Virus record (IMG/VR): IMGVR_UViG_3300033148_006964
Span: 1-64,000 of that record
Direction: 5' to 3' (one strand)
DNA from: a virus
DNA length: 64,000 nt
The position numbers and the translations under genes were made by a program. The number at the start of each line of letters is the position of its first letter. Position 1 is the first letter of the stretch. Of this stretch, positions 10,410-18,703 are shown piece after piece. The notes beneath the pieces were generated by a model that was given only the letters and a program-made list of their open reading frames with translations, searched no databases and was not told the DNA's origin.

Positions 10410-10570
10410 AGCGTGAACAAATTATGTAAGGCTGTAGTCAATCAGTTTATCGTATTAACTACTTGTAGTTAGGTACAAGCTTTCATTTTTGAGGTGAAAG
10501 CAATTGACGTATTCAAAATAAATAGGAAATTAATTAATTCCTCAAAACATATTTTAATTGGAGGTTAGAC

Positions 10571-11614
10571 ATGGAACACAGAAAGTCATCGTTTGAGGAT
10601 CATCTGAATATTATAGTTGACGCTGCTAAAACTGCTTCAACAGATGTTCCCGCTACTGATAGCTCTCTTTTATCTAAACTTGCTAACGAGATAAATCCCG
10701 AGGGCGCTGAAAAACAGGCCGCAGTAAGTGCGCCTGCTGCTCCTGCTGCAGAAGGTGAAGTTACTCCAGCTGCTAGTTCAGTTGCCGGTGCAGCTACAGC
10801 AGTTGCCGCAGCTACAGAAGCAGTTGCTACTCCTCAGACTACTCTTGTTGGTGGAAACCCGGCAGAGGCAGCTGCAGGAGAAATGCAAGCTCCGACTAAA
10901 CCAAATGAAGGTGTTGCTGTTTCTGCTGGTGATGGTTTGGTAACTGATGCTAATAATATGAATCGTACCCCCGAATCTGTTGCGGCTGCTGCTCGTGATG
11001 GTGGTGGTGATGAAAGTGGAAAGCCAGCCGCTTCTTATGATGGTGCGACGCCTACTGGTGGTGCTGCAAGTCCTGCTGAAAAAACGGCTGAGGAAAAAGA
11101 GTGCGAAAAAATGGGTTCTCTTATGGCTGTTTCTTTTAAAGAAAGACTTGAAAAAGACGCTGCTGATGTAGATTATACAAATGCTCTTACTTATCTTAAT
11201 GATAACAACGTTCTTGCTGATTATAATATTGAAGATAAGGGTCTTGAAAAACAGGCTTCTGAAGCTCCGGTCAATTGTCTTGAAAAGATCGCTAATAAAC
11301 AGGCTCTTTCTCGTGAAGACATTGTTGGCGCAGCAAATGAACTTGTTGATTTTGAAAAGAATGCTGCTGATGCTGAGATTCAAGGACGCCAGGACGCACA
11401 GAATTATGTTGCTGAGTTGCTTGAAAAGAATGCGGAAACTGAGGAAGCTGAAAAGAACGCTGCTGCAAATTCTGAAACTGCTCCTGCTGCTCCTGCTGCA
11501 CCTGCTGCACCTGCCACACCTGTAGTGGAAAATGAGAAAATAGCTGAGCTATTAAAGGATGAAAAGGTCGTCAGTGCAGTTAAAGCACTTAAAGATGCTG
11601 GTCTTATAGCTTAA
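10571..11614 (+). CDS. Scaffold-like protein
   Basis: Acidic, Ala/Pro-rich, low complexity, between protease and capsid genes. About ten EKxA motifs. Confidence 0.6.
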   Translation: MEHRKSSFEDHLNIIVDAAKTASTDVPATDSSLLSKLANEINPEGAEKQAAVSAPAAPAAEGEVTPAASSVAGAATAVAAATEAVATPQTTLVGGNPAEAAAGEMQAPTKPNEGVAVSAGDGLVTDANNMNRTPESVAAAARDGGGDESGKPAASYDGATPTGGAASPAEKTAEEKECEKMGSLMAVSFKERLEKDAADVDYTNALTYLNDNNVLADYNIEDKGLEKQASEAPVNCLEKIANKQALSREDIVGAANELVDFEKNAADAEIQGRQDAQNYVAELLEKNAETEEAEKNAAANSETAPAAPAAPAAPATPVVENEKIAELLKDEKVVSAVKALKDAGLIA

Positions 11615-11630
11615 TAATTAGGAGATTTTA

Positions 11631-12128
11631 ATGCTTCCTAAAACTAATATAGGTAGACTTATCTTGGAGTCTGTGACTCCAAGAGAGCCTACCGTAAAAA
11701 CAGCATCATTAAAGTATGATGTAGACGCTACGGTTAAGATTTCTGAAGGCCTTATAAAAATAGCTTCTATCCCTTATAAGGAAGAAGTTTATGGTAATGT
11801 CCAGGAAATGCTTAAAATAGCTGCAGAATGTATGAAAGAGGTCAGTGCGTCTTTACATGATTCACAAGTTAAGAATACTGATTTTGAAAAAGCCGCAGAA
11901 GTTCGAATTCTTCTTGATGATATGATAGAAAACGGCTTAGTCAGTGAAGAGGATTTCGAAGAAAAAATTGCTGAATTATTAAAGAAAGATGAAAAAGATC
12001 TTTCTATTATTAAAGAAGCAGTAAAAATATCTCAAAATAAAGAAGGATGTAATGTCTTTTTTGAAAAAAGTGCAGAAAACGAGGGTGGTTCCACAGAAAA
12101 GCGTGGGATGTTTGATGGCGTTTTATAA
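11631..12128 (+). CDS. Helical head-assembly protein (scaffold-like)
   Basis: 165 aa acidic and helical, several K-x-A motifs. Confidence 0.45.
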   Translation: MLPKTNIGRLILESVTPREPTVKTASLKYDVDATVKISEGLIKIASIPYKEEVYGNVQEMLKIAAECMKEVSASLHDSQVKNTDFEKAAEVRILLDDMIENGLVSEEDFEEKIAELLKKDEKDLSIIKEAVKISQNKEGCNVFFEKSAENEGGSTEKRGMFDGVL

Positions 12129-12186
12129 AAAGTATATTTTGGATTTGATTAAATAATTTTATTAATTTTTATTTTGGAGGGATACA

Positions 12187-12642
12187 ATGTTAGAAGTATT
12201 GACACCACTAAATAAAGTGGAGCGAGTTTCTAGAGTTATTGATCCGTCAAATTTCGTTGCTGTTCCTGGTATTTGGGCAGAACTTAGTGGCGCAGGTGCT
12301 CTTTCAAATATTGCAACTAGTGATGAAACCGGTATCCGTAAAATGGTTATGGGCTCTGCATCAAGCAATGTTTATGAGTCACATGATGTTGAGGTAGGCC
12401 GTATTGCTACTATGGAATCTTTTGGTATTCGTGTTAAAGTTGACACTGAAGGATATACTGGAGCTATTGTAGCTGGTAATTTCCTGGTAGTTAGTGCCGC
12501 TGATGGTACCGAAGGCAAATTAATAGCAGAAGGTGTTGCTCCGTCTGGTAATTATACAAGAGTTGCTCAAGTTGAAGAGTATAGTGTTTCAGCTTCAACA
12601 ATTGTTTTTAGGACGATTTCACCAGTTGATGTTGCACTTTAA
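12187..12642 (+). CDS. Capsid decoration/cement protein, copy 1
   Basis: 151 aa beta-rich protein directly before the capsid gene. Paralogue of 12676..13518. Confidence 0.55.
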   Translation: MLEVLTPLNKVERVSRVIDPSNFVAVPGIWAELSGAGALSNIATSDETGIRKMVMGSASSNVYESHDVEVGRIATMESFGIRVKVDTEGYTGAIVAGNFLVVSAADGTEGKLIAEGVAPSGNYTRVAQVEEYSVSASTIVFRTISPVDVAL

Positions 12643-12675
12643 TATTTAAATATATTCAATCTTAAGGAGTGAATA

Positions 12676-13518
12676 ATGCTTGAAATTTTAACCCCTATGA
12701 ATAAAGTTGAACGAGTCTCTCGTGTCATAGATCCTGCAAATTTTATTGCAGATCCTGGCATTTGGGGTGAGATCAATGGGAGTGGGGTTCTTGCAAATAT
12801 TGTAGCTGGTGATGAATCTGGTATACGTAAACTAATTATTGGTAGTGCTACTGCTAGTGTATATGAATCACACGATGTTGAAGTCGGTCGTATTACTACT
12901 ATGGAGTCTTTCGGGGTCAGAGTAAAAACTGACCAGCATGTACACAGGATTCTAGTTGGAGATTACTTAGTAGTTTGCGCAGAATCAGATTCAGAAGGTA
13001 AACTTGTTGCAGTTAGTCAAGCCGCTGCAGGTAGCTATTTTACTGTAGGGCATGTTGAAGAAAAAGATTCAACTGCAGGAACCATAACATTTAGAACTAT
13101 TTCACCACGTCTTGTAATAAGTACTGGTGAGGAAAGTTCTAGTTCCAGTTCTTCAAGTTCTCAAAGTTCTTCTAGTTCAAGTTCTGAGAGTTCTGAGAGT
13201 TCTGAGAGTTCTGAGAGTTCAAGTTCTTCAAGTTCTTCGAATAGCTCAAGTTCTTCGAACAGTTCTAGCTCAAGTTCTCCAAGTTCTGAAAGTTCTGAAA
13301 GTTCTGAAAGTTCAAGTTCTGAGAGTTCTTCCAGTTCTTTGAATAGTTCTAGCTCAAGTTCTCCAAGTTCTACAAGTTCTGAGAGTTCTGAGAGTTCAAG
13401 TTCTGAGAGTTCTTCCAGTTCTTTGAATAGTTCTAGTTCAAGTTCTCCAAGTTCTCCAAGTTCTGAAAGTAGTTCTTTGAACAGTTCTAGTTCTAGTTCT
13501 TCGAGTTCTAGTCCGTAA
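12676..13518 (+). CDS. Capsid decoration/cement protein, copy 2, with C-terminal poly-Ser tail
   Basis: N-terminal ~150 aa shares VYESHDVEVGRI.TMESFG.RVK with copy 1. The last ~128 aa are almost all Ser with E/N/L/P. Confidence 0.55.
   Translation: MLEILTPMNKVERVSRVIDPANFIADPGIWGEINGSGVLANIVAGDESGIRKLIIGSATASVYESHDVEVGRITTMESFGVRVKTDQHVHRILVGDYLVVCAESDSEGKLVAVSQAAAGSYFTVGHVEEKDSTAGTITFRTISPRLVISTGEESSSSSSSSSQSSSSSSSESSESSESSESSSSSSSSNSSSSSNSSSSSSPSSESSESSESSSSESSSSSLNSSSSSSPSSTSSESSESSSSESSSSSLNSSSSSSPSSPSSESSSLNSSSSSSSSSSP
13135..13515 (+). repeat. Ser-coding low-complexity tract 1
   Basis: Imperfect TCT/TCA/AGT repeats, in frame, with internal block duplications. Confidence 0.95.
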
Positions 13519-13529
13519 TAAATAAGGTT

Positions 13530-13558
13530 TGGGGTTGACCTTAATCAGCCCCACTTTT
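13530..13558 (+). terminator. Possible terminator or attenuator
   Basis: TGGGGTTGA/TCAGCCCCA stem followed by CTTTT. Confidence 0.5.
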
Positions 13559-13643
13559 AACTTGTAAATTAAGGTTTATAAACTGAACCTTTAGATCAGT
13601 TTAAATAAAACTATTGTAACATATTTAACGTAAGGAGCATATT

Positions 13644-14672
13644 ATGCTTAAGGATCTTTCAGCTGTTCAGTTTAATGAGCAGTTTTTGGAAAAAATAGCC
13701 AGCGTATCTGGTCAGCAAGAGTTGACTGAAGCTGGTCGTCAGTATGTAAAGACTGAGTTGCAGGAAGCTGCTTTTTCCAGAGCAATCGTTCCCCAGGAAC
13801 CGATTACTACTGCAGATTGTCAGCGTAATGTAAATGATCAGTCTCTTTATTTGATTCGTGATATCGAACCGGATGCATCAGCTATTGGTGTTGATAATCT
13901 CGGTGAGCCTGATGGTAGTTATGTAAAAGGTGAAAGATATATCATACCTGTTGTTAATTTTACAACTAAGCGTTTTCAGATTACAGTTGAAGACCTTCGC
14001 GCTTATCAGTATAAAATTACAAAGCGTATTGAAGATAAATCAGTCCCTGTATTGGAAAAGCTTGAAGATAAATTCTTTATGCGCCTTACTGGTGCGGCAT
14101 TAGCAGTTGCTTCAGCAGGTTCTCAAAAGGGTGTACCTGGTAACGATCAGGTAAATACTCTTCGTATTAATCAGCTTGACTTTGTTGATATTAAGAATAC
14201 TCTTGCTTCTGGTATTAATGGATCTGACGCAAAACGCAAAGAAGTTGCTTGTGTTTTAATGTGTCAGGAAGCTTTTGAAACAGCTGTTATTCTTCCAGGT
14301 GCTGGTGATGATTTTGGTAAAGACCGTGTTCTTAATGGTATTACTTCGGATACTCTTTATGGGTCGAAAGTAATTAAAACCATTAAAAGTGATATTCTTC
14401 CTGTTGGTCATCTTTGGGCATTTACATCTCCGGATTTTCTTGGTCATAATTTTGCTCTTGGTGATCCTAGTTTTGAGATTAAATCAAATTTTGGTTTAAT
14501 CGAATGGCAGACTAAAGAGTCTATCGCAATGGGTATTGGTAATGCACTTTCAGTTTCATTGCTTGCTCTTAAGGGTTCTGTTGCACCTGGTACTGCAACT
14601 GGTCTTGAAATTACGACTGCAGGTACAATTGATGCAGCTATTTCAACATATTACGCTAGTTTGACTGTATAA
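13644..14672 (+). CDS. Major capsid protein (HK97 fold)
   Basis: 342 aa with AAGGAG RBS, head-module position, strong terminator after it. Sequence pattern (ELQEAAFSRAIVP..., RYIIP, EDLRAYQY) resembles large-phage capsid proteins. Confidence 0.8.
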   Translation: MLKDLSAVQFNEQFLEKIASVSGQQELTEAGRQYVKTELQEAAFSRAIVPQEPITTADCQRNVNDQSLYLIRDIEPDASAIGVDNLGEPDGSYVKGERYIIPVVNFTTKRFQITVEDLRAYQYKITKRIEDKSVPVLEKLEDKFFMRLTGAALAVASAGSQKGVPGNDQVNTLRINQLDFVDIKNTLASGINGSDAKRKEVACVLMCQEAFETAVILPGAGDDFGKDRVLNGITSDTLYGSKVIKTIKSDILPVGHLWAFTSPDFLGHNFALGDPSFEIKSNFGLIEWQTKESIAMGIGNALSVSLLALKGSVAPGTATGLEITTAGTIDAAISTYYASLTV

Positions 14673-14697
14673 GTTTAATTAGTAAATAAAGATTAAG

Positions 14698-14732
14698 AGG
14701 CCTGGCCCGGTGTCGGGCTGGGCCTTTTTTTT
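14698..14732 (+). terminator. Rho-independent terminator
   Basis: AGGCCTGGCCCG/CGGGCTGGGCCT stem followed by a T tract. Confidence 0.9.
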
Positions 14733-14759
14733 AAAAAACAAACTAATGGGTGGCGCGTT

Positions 14760-14954
14760 GTGGGATTGCATAAAAATGTTTCAGATAAACCACAATATAT
14801 AGTTGTGAATATGGTTAAAACTAAAATTGCACCTGGCGATATAGTTAATCTTAGTGTGCGTGATATGCAACATTCTGGTAATAATATACGACACTTTGAA
14901 TCTGTATCTAAATCTGCAATAGTTGATAGTAAAGATTACGCAAAAATAAAATAA
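14760..14954 (+). CDS. Small hypothetical protein
   Basis: 64 aa, loosely similar to the N-terminus of 14981..15661 (IAPGDIVNL vs VEPNQIVDL). Confidence 0.5.
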   Translation: MGLHKNVSDKPQYIVVNMVKTKIAPGDIVNLSVRDMQHSGNNIRHFESVSKSAIVDSKDYAKIK

Positions 14955-14980
14955 AATAATATTAAAAGGAGAGGCATGTT

Positions 14981-15661
14981 ATGGAATATATTAATAAAGC
15001 TGATAAAAGAAAATTGGTTAGTATAGGCCAAAAAAAAGAATGGGTTGAACCAAATCAAATCGTAGACCTAACTGAAAGAGATACAAGATTTCTTGGAGCC
15101 AATTCTGCATTTGTAGTTAAATGTACAGGTCGTATGAAGAGGGTTCTTGGAAGAGCAGCAAGAAGAGCCGAAAGATTAAAGAATAGAAAAGCTAAAGCTG
15201 CCAAAGATAATAAGGCAATTAAAGCTACTAAGAAGGCTAAAAAAATTGCTAAAGCTGCTAAAATTGCTAAAGTTGTTAGAGTAAAAGTTAAAGCAGCTAG
15301 AAAAGCAGCTAGAATTATTAGATTAAAAGCTAGAGCGATTAAAAAGGCTGCTAAAGCAGCTAAAGTGGCTAAGATAGCTAAAGTGGCTAAAAAAGTAGCT
15401 AAAGCAGCTAAAGCAGTTAAAACAGCTAAAGCAACTAAAGTAACTAAAGCAGCTAAAGTAACTAAAACAACTAAAGTATCGTCTGAAGATAAGAAAGAAC
15501 TTAAAAAGATTTTAACTAGGCATACAAAAGATGTTTTAATTAAAATAGGTAGTAATATAAAATTAAAGTTGAATAAAAAAGATAAAAAAGATATTTTAAT
15601 TAAAGAGATTCTTAAAACTTCTAAAGAAGTAGGTTATTCGAAAGTTTTAAAGAATATTTAA
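14981..15661 (+). CDS. Histone H1-like Lys/Ala-rich basic protein with C-terminal Rho-N/HEH-like helix pair
   Basis: Long AAKAAKVAK-type repeats. C-terminal TKDVLIKIGSNIKLKLNKKDKKDILIKEIL. Confidence 0.6.
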   Translation: MEYINKADKRKLVSIGQKKEWVEPNQIVDLTERDTRFLGANSAFVVKCTGRMKRVLGRAARRAERLKNRKAKAAKDNKAIKATKKAKKIAKAAKIAKVVRVKVKAARKAARIIRLKARAIKKAAKAAKVAKIAKVAKKVAKAAKAVKTAKATKVTKAAKVTKTTKVSSEDKKELKKILTRHTKDVLIKIGSNIKLKLNKKDKKDILIKEILKTSKEVGYSKVLKNI

Positions 15662-15686
15662 CAAATAATAAATTTGGATCTTAATT

Positions 15687-16178
15687 ATGTCTTTATCTTT
15701 AGCAGATTATAGGGAAGCTTTAAGAAACTTTATTAAGGATAGTAGTACCCTTAATAGGTTGTTAAATTTTGTTGAAGAAAATGATGATGACGAAATTGAT
15801 ATGTATATAAATATGGCTTTAGGGTTTCTTAATACGATACCTCCAATGCTTGAAGCATATACTGTTGAAACATTTCCAGTTCCAAGTTTATTAATTCATC
15901 AAGCTGTTATTGAATGTTTGATATCAAATAGTGTAGTAAATGCTAGAAATGATATAACATATAATAACGGTGGAGTTACGGTTAAGATATCTGATGGAGA
16001 TAGATATTTAAAATTACTTCAGATTCTTTATCGTGCAACTGATCAGGAAATTACATCTTTTTCTAAGATGAAAATATCTATTAATATAAACGGTGGATGG
16101 GGAGGGGTTTCTTCCCCTTATGCATACCTTAATGCAGGATACCAAACATTACAACCAAGTTCTTTGTTCGCTGGATAA
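15687..16178 (+). CDS. Head-tail adaptor (neck) protein
   Basis: 163 aa helical protein after the capsid gene. YNNGGVTVKISD loop typical of adaptor proteins. Confidence 0.6.
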   Translation: MSLSLADYREALRNFIKDSSTLNRLLNFVEENDDDEIDMYINMALGFLNTIPPMLEAYTVETFPVPSLLIHQAVIECLISNSVVNARNDITYNNGGVTVKISDGDRYLKLLQILYRATDQEITSFSKMKISININGGWGGVSSPYAYLNAGYQTLQPSSLFAG

Positions 16179-16188
16179 GGGGAATATT

Positions 16189-16962
16189 GTGTCAAAACTT
16201 AATGTTATAAGAATGCTAAAATTAGCAAATGAAGATCCGGAAGTACGTAAATCATTACTCACTTTGGCTAAAATAGCAGCTGATGATAATTCGGAGTTTG
16301 ATGAAACGGTTCCCGGAGCTGAAGAGAATGATGATAAAAATAACGAAAAGGATAAAGAGGGTAAAAAGCCTCAAGAAAATCCTCCACCCGTACCTCCTGT
16401 TGAAGCCGCGCCGGTAGCGCCAGCTGTTGCTCCTGTTGAAGGTGGTAGCCCAGAAGAAGCTGGGGCTAGAGCTGCTCAAGCGTTTATAGGCCCTGAGATA
16501 ATGGGGGCTGCTATAAGTGGTGATCCTGGTGCTCAGGAAGTTGTAAGTAGAACAGCAGGTCAAATTGCTGGAGCTGTAGCCGAATCTGCAGCTAGATCTA
16601 TAGCAACTGGGGCTGCTGGTGCTCCTACAACAGCCGTACCTGCTGTAGAAGGGCCGCCAGTTGAAGGGGCTGCTTCTGGTGTAGAAGCTGTTCCAGCTGT
16701 ACCTGAAGCTCCTGTGGTTTCTCCTGAGCAGCAAGTAGCGGATCAGGTTATACCTAATGAAGTAGCTCAACCGGCTGCCGTTCCTACTGACGTAGTTCCG
16801 GCTGCTCCTGGAGCACCTGCTGCTGCTGCACCTGCTGCTGCTGCACCTGCTGCTGCTGCACCTGCTGCTGCTGCACCTGCTGCTGCACCTGCTCAAAAAC
16901 TTTATACAGCTGAAGAGGTAGCTAAATTACTTCAGCAACTTGGAACGGCAAAGGCAGCATAA
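16189..16962 (+). CDS. Ala/Pro-rich low-complexity virion-associated protein
   Basis: Likely GTG start at 16189 after AAGGGG. KLA/KIA motifs near the N-terminus. Confidence 0.55.
   Translation: MSKLNVIRMLKLANEDPEVRKSLLTLAKIAADDNSEFDETVPGAEENDDKNNEKDKEGKKPQENPPPVPPVEAAPVAPAVAPVEGGSPEEAGARAAQAFIGPEIMGAAISGDPGAQEVVSRTAGQIAGAVAESAARSIATGAAGAPTTAVPAVEGPPVEGAASGVEAVPAVPEAPVVSPEQQVADQVIPNEVAQPAAVPTDVVPAAPGAPAAAAPAAAAPAAAAPAAAAPAAAPAQKLYTAEEVAKLLQQLGTAKAA
16813..16893 (+). repeat. Tandem 15-nt repeat GCACCTGCTGCTGCT (APAAA)
   Basis: Four perfect units plus two truncated units. Confidence 0.95.
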
Positions 16963-16989
16963 CGTCCTTTAAGACGTGTAAGAAAGATT

Positions 16990-17019
16990 AAAAGGGCGAG
17001 CTTTGACTCGCCCATTTTT
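16990..17019 (+). terminator. Rho-independent terminator
   Basis: GGGCGAG/CTCGCCC stem followed by ATTTTT. Confidence 0.8.
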
Positions 17020-17039
17020 ATATTAACGAGGAGGAAGTA

Positions 17040-17486
17040 ATGGAATTCGAACTAACAAACATAGTAGTAGTAATTATGAGTATTTATATTATAACTCAGT
17101 TTATAGCTAGAATTACTCCGACTAAGAAAGATGATGAAATAGTCGGTATTATTGGGAAAATATTAAATATTATTTTCCTTAAGTCTAACATTAAAGAGTT
17201 AATGCAGGACCAACTTAAAGCAAATGTGTTTAAAGAAGCTGTTGGCAATGCTATGGCTAGCAATAAAAGTGTAGCTGAGAAAATTGAAAAAGAAATCGAT
17301 AAAGCTGCTAAAAATATTGAAAAAGAAATTAAAGAAAAAAAGATTTCTATTGAAACAGCTATAAAGCGTATCGGACCTACTCCTATTATGGTTAAGAATG
17401 TGGAAGATAAAATAAATAAAAAACTTTCAAATTTTAATCCACGAACAAGACTAGGACTTAGAATTAAAAATATTTTTAGGGGGTGA
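17040..17486 (+). CDS. Holin-like membrane protein with helical C-terminal extension
   Basis: N-terminal TM helix, TPTKKDD turn, amphipathic helix. Directly upstream of the endolysin. Confidence 0.6.
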   Translation: MEFELTNIVVVIMSIYIITQFIARITPTKKDDEIVGIIGKILNIIFLKSNIKELMQDQLKANVFKEAVGNAMASNKSVAEKIEKEIDKAAKNIEKEIKEKKISIETAIKRIGPTPIMVKNVEDKINKKLSNFNPRTRLGLRIKNIFRG

Positions 17487-17490
17487 AACA

Positions 17491-18072
17491 ATGCAATATA
17501 AAAAAGTAACAAACAATTTTGCATTTTATGAATTTAGACCAAGTGGCAGCCCAAAGAGTTGGATGCCAACTAGTAAATATCAAAAAAAAATGATTGTTAG
17601 TCTTGCAAAAAATCTTCAAATTGTAAGAGATAAGATATCAAAAGGTTATATGAAAATTACTAATGGCGTTAGAGTTGAAGAGGATTATAATCGTTTAATA
17701 AAAAATGGTTATAAACCATCTAAAACAAGCGATCATTATTTTGGTCTTGCAATTCCGTTAACTCTTAATAGTTATAAATATAAAAAATATGGGCCTACTT
17801 ATAATTTTACTATGGGAGCTGTGGATATAGTACCTTATGGTATAACTGTTCTTAATTTATTTTCAATAGCAATAAATTTATGTGAAAACGATGAATGTGA
17901 TTTTGGACAAATTATTTATGAAAAAAATCCTAAAACTAAAGCTGAATGGATACATTTTGGCGGTTCTCCAAAACCATTTTTATCAGAGGAAATAATAAAC
18001 TTTTTAAATAGAAATAAATATTTACAATCACTTGATGGTGGTAAAACGTATAAAACTTTTAATCTGGCATAA
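17491..18072 (+). CDS. Endolysin, peptidase M15 family
   Basis: ITNGVR, SDH, AVD and WIH Zn-peptidase motifs in the M15 order. Confidence 0.8.
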   Translation: MQYKKVTNNFAFYEFRPSGSPKSWMPTSKYQKKMIVSLAKNLQIVRDKISKGYMKITNGVRVEEDYNRLIKNGYKPSKTSDHYFGLAIPLTLNSYKYKKYGPTYNFTMGAVDIVPYGITVLNLFSIAINLCENDECDFGQIIYEKNPKTKAEWIHFGGSPKPFLSEEIINFLNRNKYLQSLDGGKTYKTFNLA

Positions 18073-18078
18073 TATATT

Positions 18079-18687
18079 ATGAGATTTTCTAGTGTAGATG
18101 TTATAAAGACAGAAAGAAACTTTTTTTATATTGAATGGGATATGACTCCTGAATCATTAGAGTTTATTGATGATTATAATTTTATGATATATTGGAGCTT
18201 TGATCCAGTTTCAGGGTTTATACCTATATTAGATGAAGATGGTAACCCAGTTGTAATTGATGGTGCGGTTGGCCCATTATCTTATACACACGAAGTAAAA
18301 CAATATGATTTTAATAAAGATAGGTATTATAAAGTTAGAGCATTATTGAAACATTTATATTCAAGTTCTTCTAGTGAAAGTTCTAATTCATCAAGTTCTT
18401 CAAGCTTAAATTCTGAATCTTCAAGTTCTACAGAATCTTCAAGCTCTTTAAATTCTTCAAGCTCTAGCAATTCAAGTTCAAGCTCTTCAAGTTTAAATTC
18501 TTCTTCTTCAAGTTCTTCGAGTTTAAACTCTTCAAGCTCCAGCTCTCAAAGTTCAAGCAGCTCAAACTCTTCAAGCTCTTCAAGCTTAAATTCTTCAAGT
18601 TCCAGCTCTCATAGTTCAAGCTCTTTAAATTCTTCTAGCTCTTCTAGTTCTTCTAGTTCTGAAAGTTCTAGCAGTTCGTTTCCATAA
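18079..18687 (+). CDS. FN3-like virion (neck) protein with poly-Ser tail
   Basis: FYIEW...FMIYWS...YYKVRAL is an FN3-like pattern. The last ~105 aa are Ser-rich. Confidence 0.5.
   Translation: MRFSSVDVIKTERNFFYIEWDMTPESLEFIDDYNFMIYWSFDPVSGFIPILDEDGNPVVIDGAVGPLSYTHEVKQYDFNKDRYYKVRALLKHLYSSSSSESSNSSSSSSLNSESSSSTESSSSLNSSSSSNSSSSSSSLNSSSSSSSSLNSSSSSSQSSSSSNSSSSSSLNSSSSSSHSSSSLNSSSSSSSSSSESSSSSFP
18361..18680 (+). repeat. Ser-coding low-complexity tract 2
   Basis: TCTTCAAGY-type repeats with several SLNSS units. Confidence 0.95.
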
Positions 18688-18703
18688 AAGTTTGAGGTGA
18701 TTA

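Noticed and set aside
10728-11525. Several overlapping ORFs inside the scaffold gene, and similar ones at 833, 903, 4163, 16255, 17096, 44970, 48912 and elsewhere
   Set aside because: They are shadows of low-complexity or codon-biased genes, with no RBS or recognisable motifs.
13127-13342. ORF with VLQVL/VLRVL repeats, and 20682..20891 with LKNL repeats
   Set aside because: These are alternate-frame and antisense shadows of the Ser-coding tracts inside real genes.
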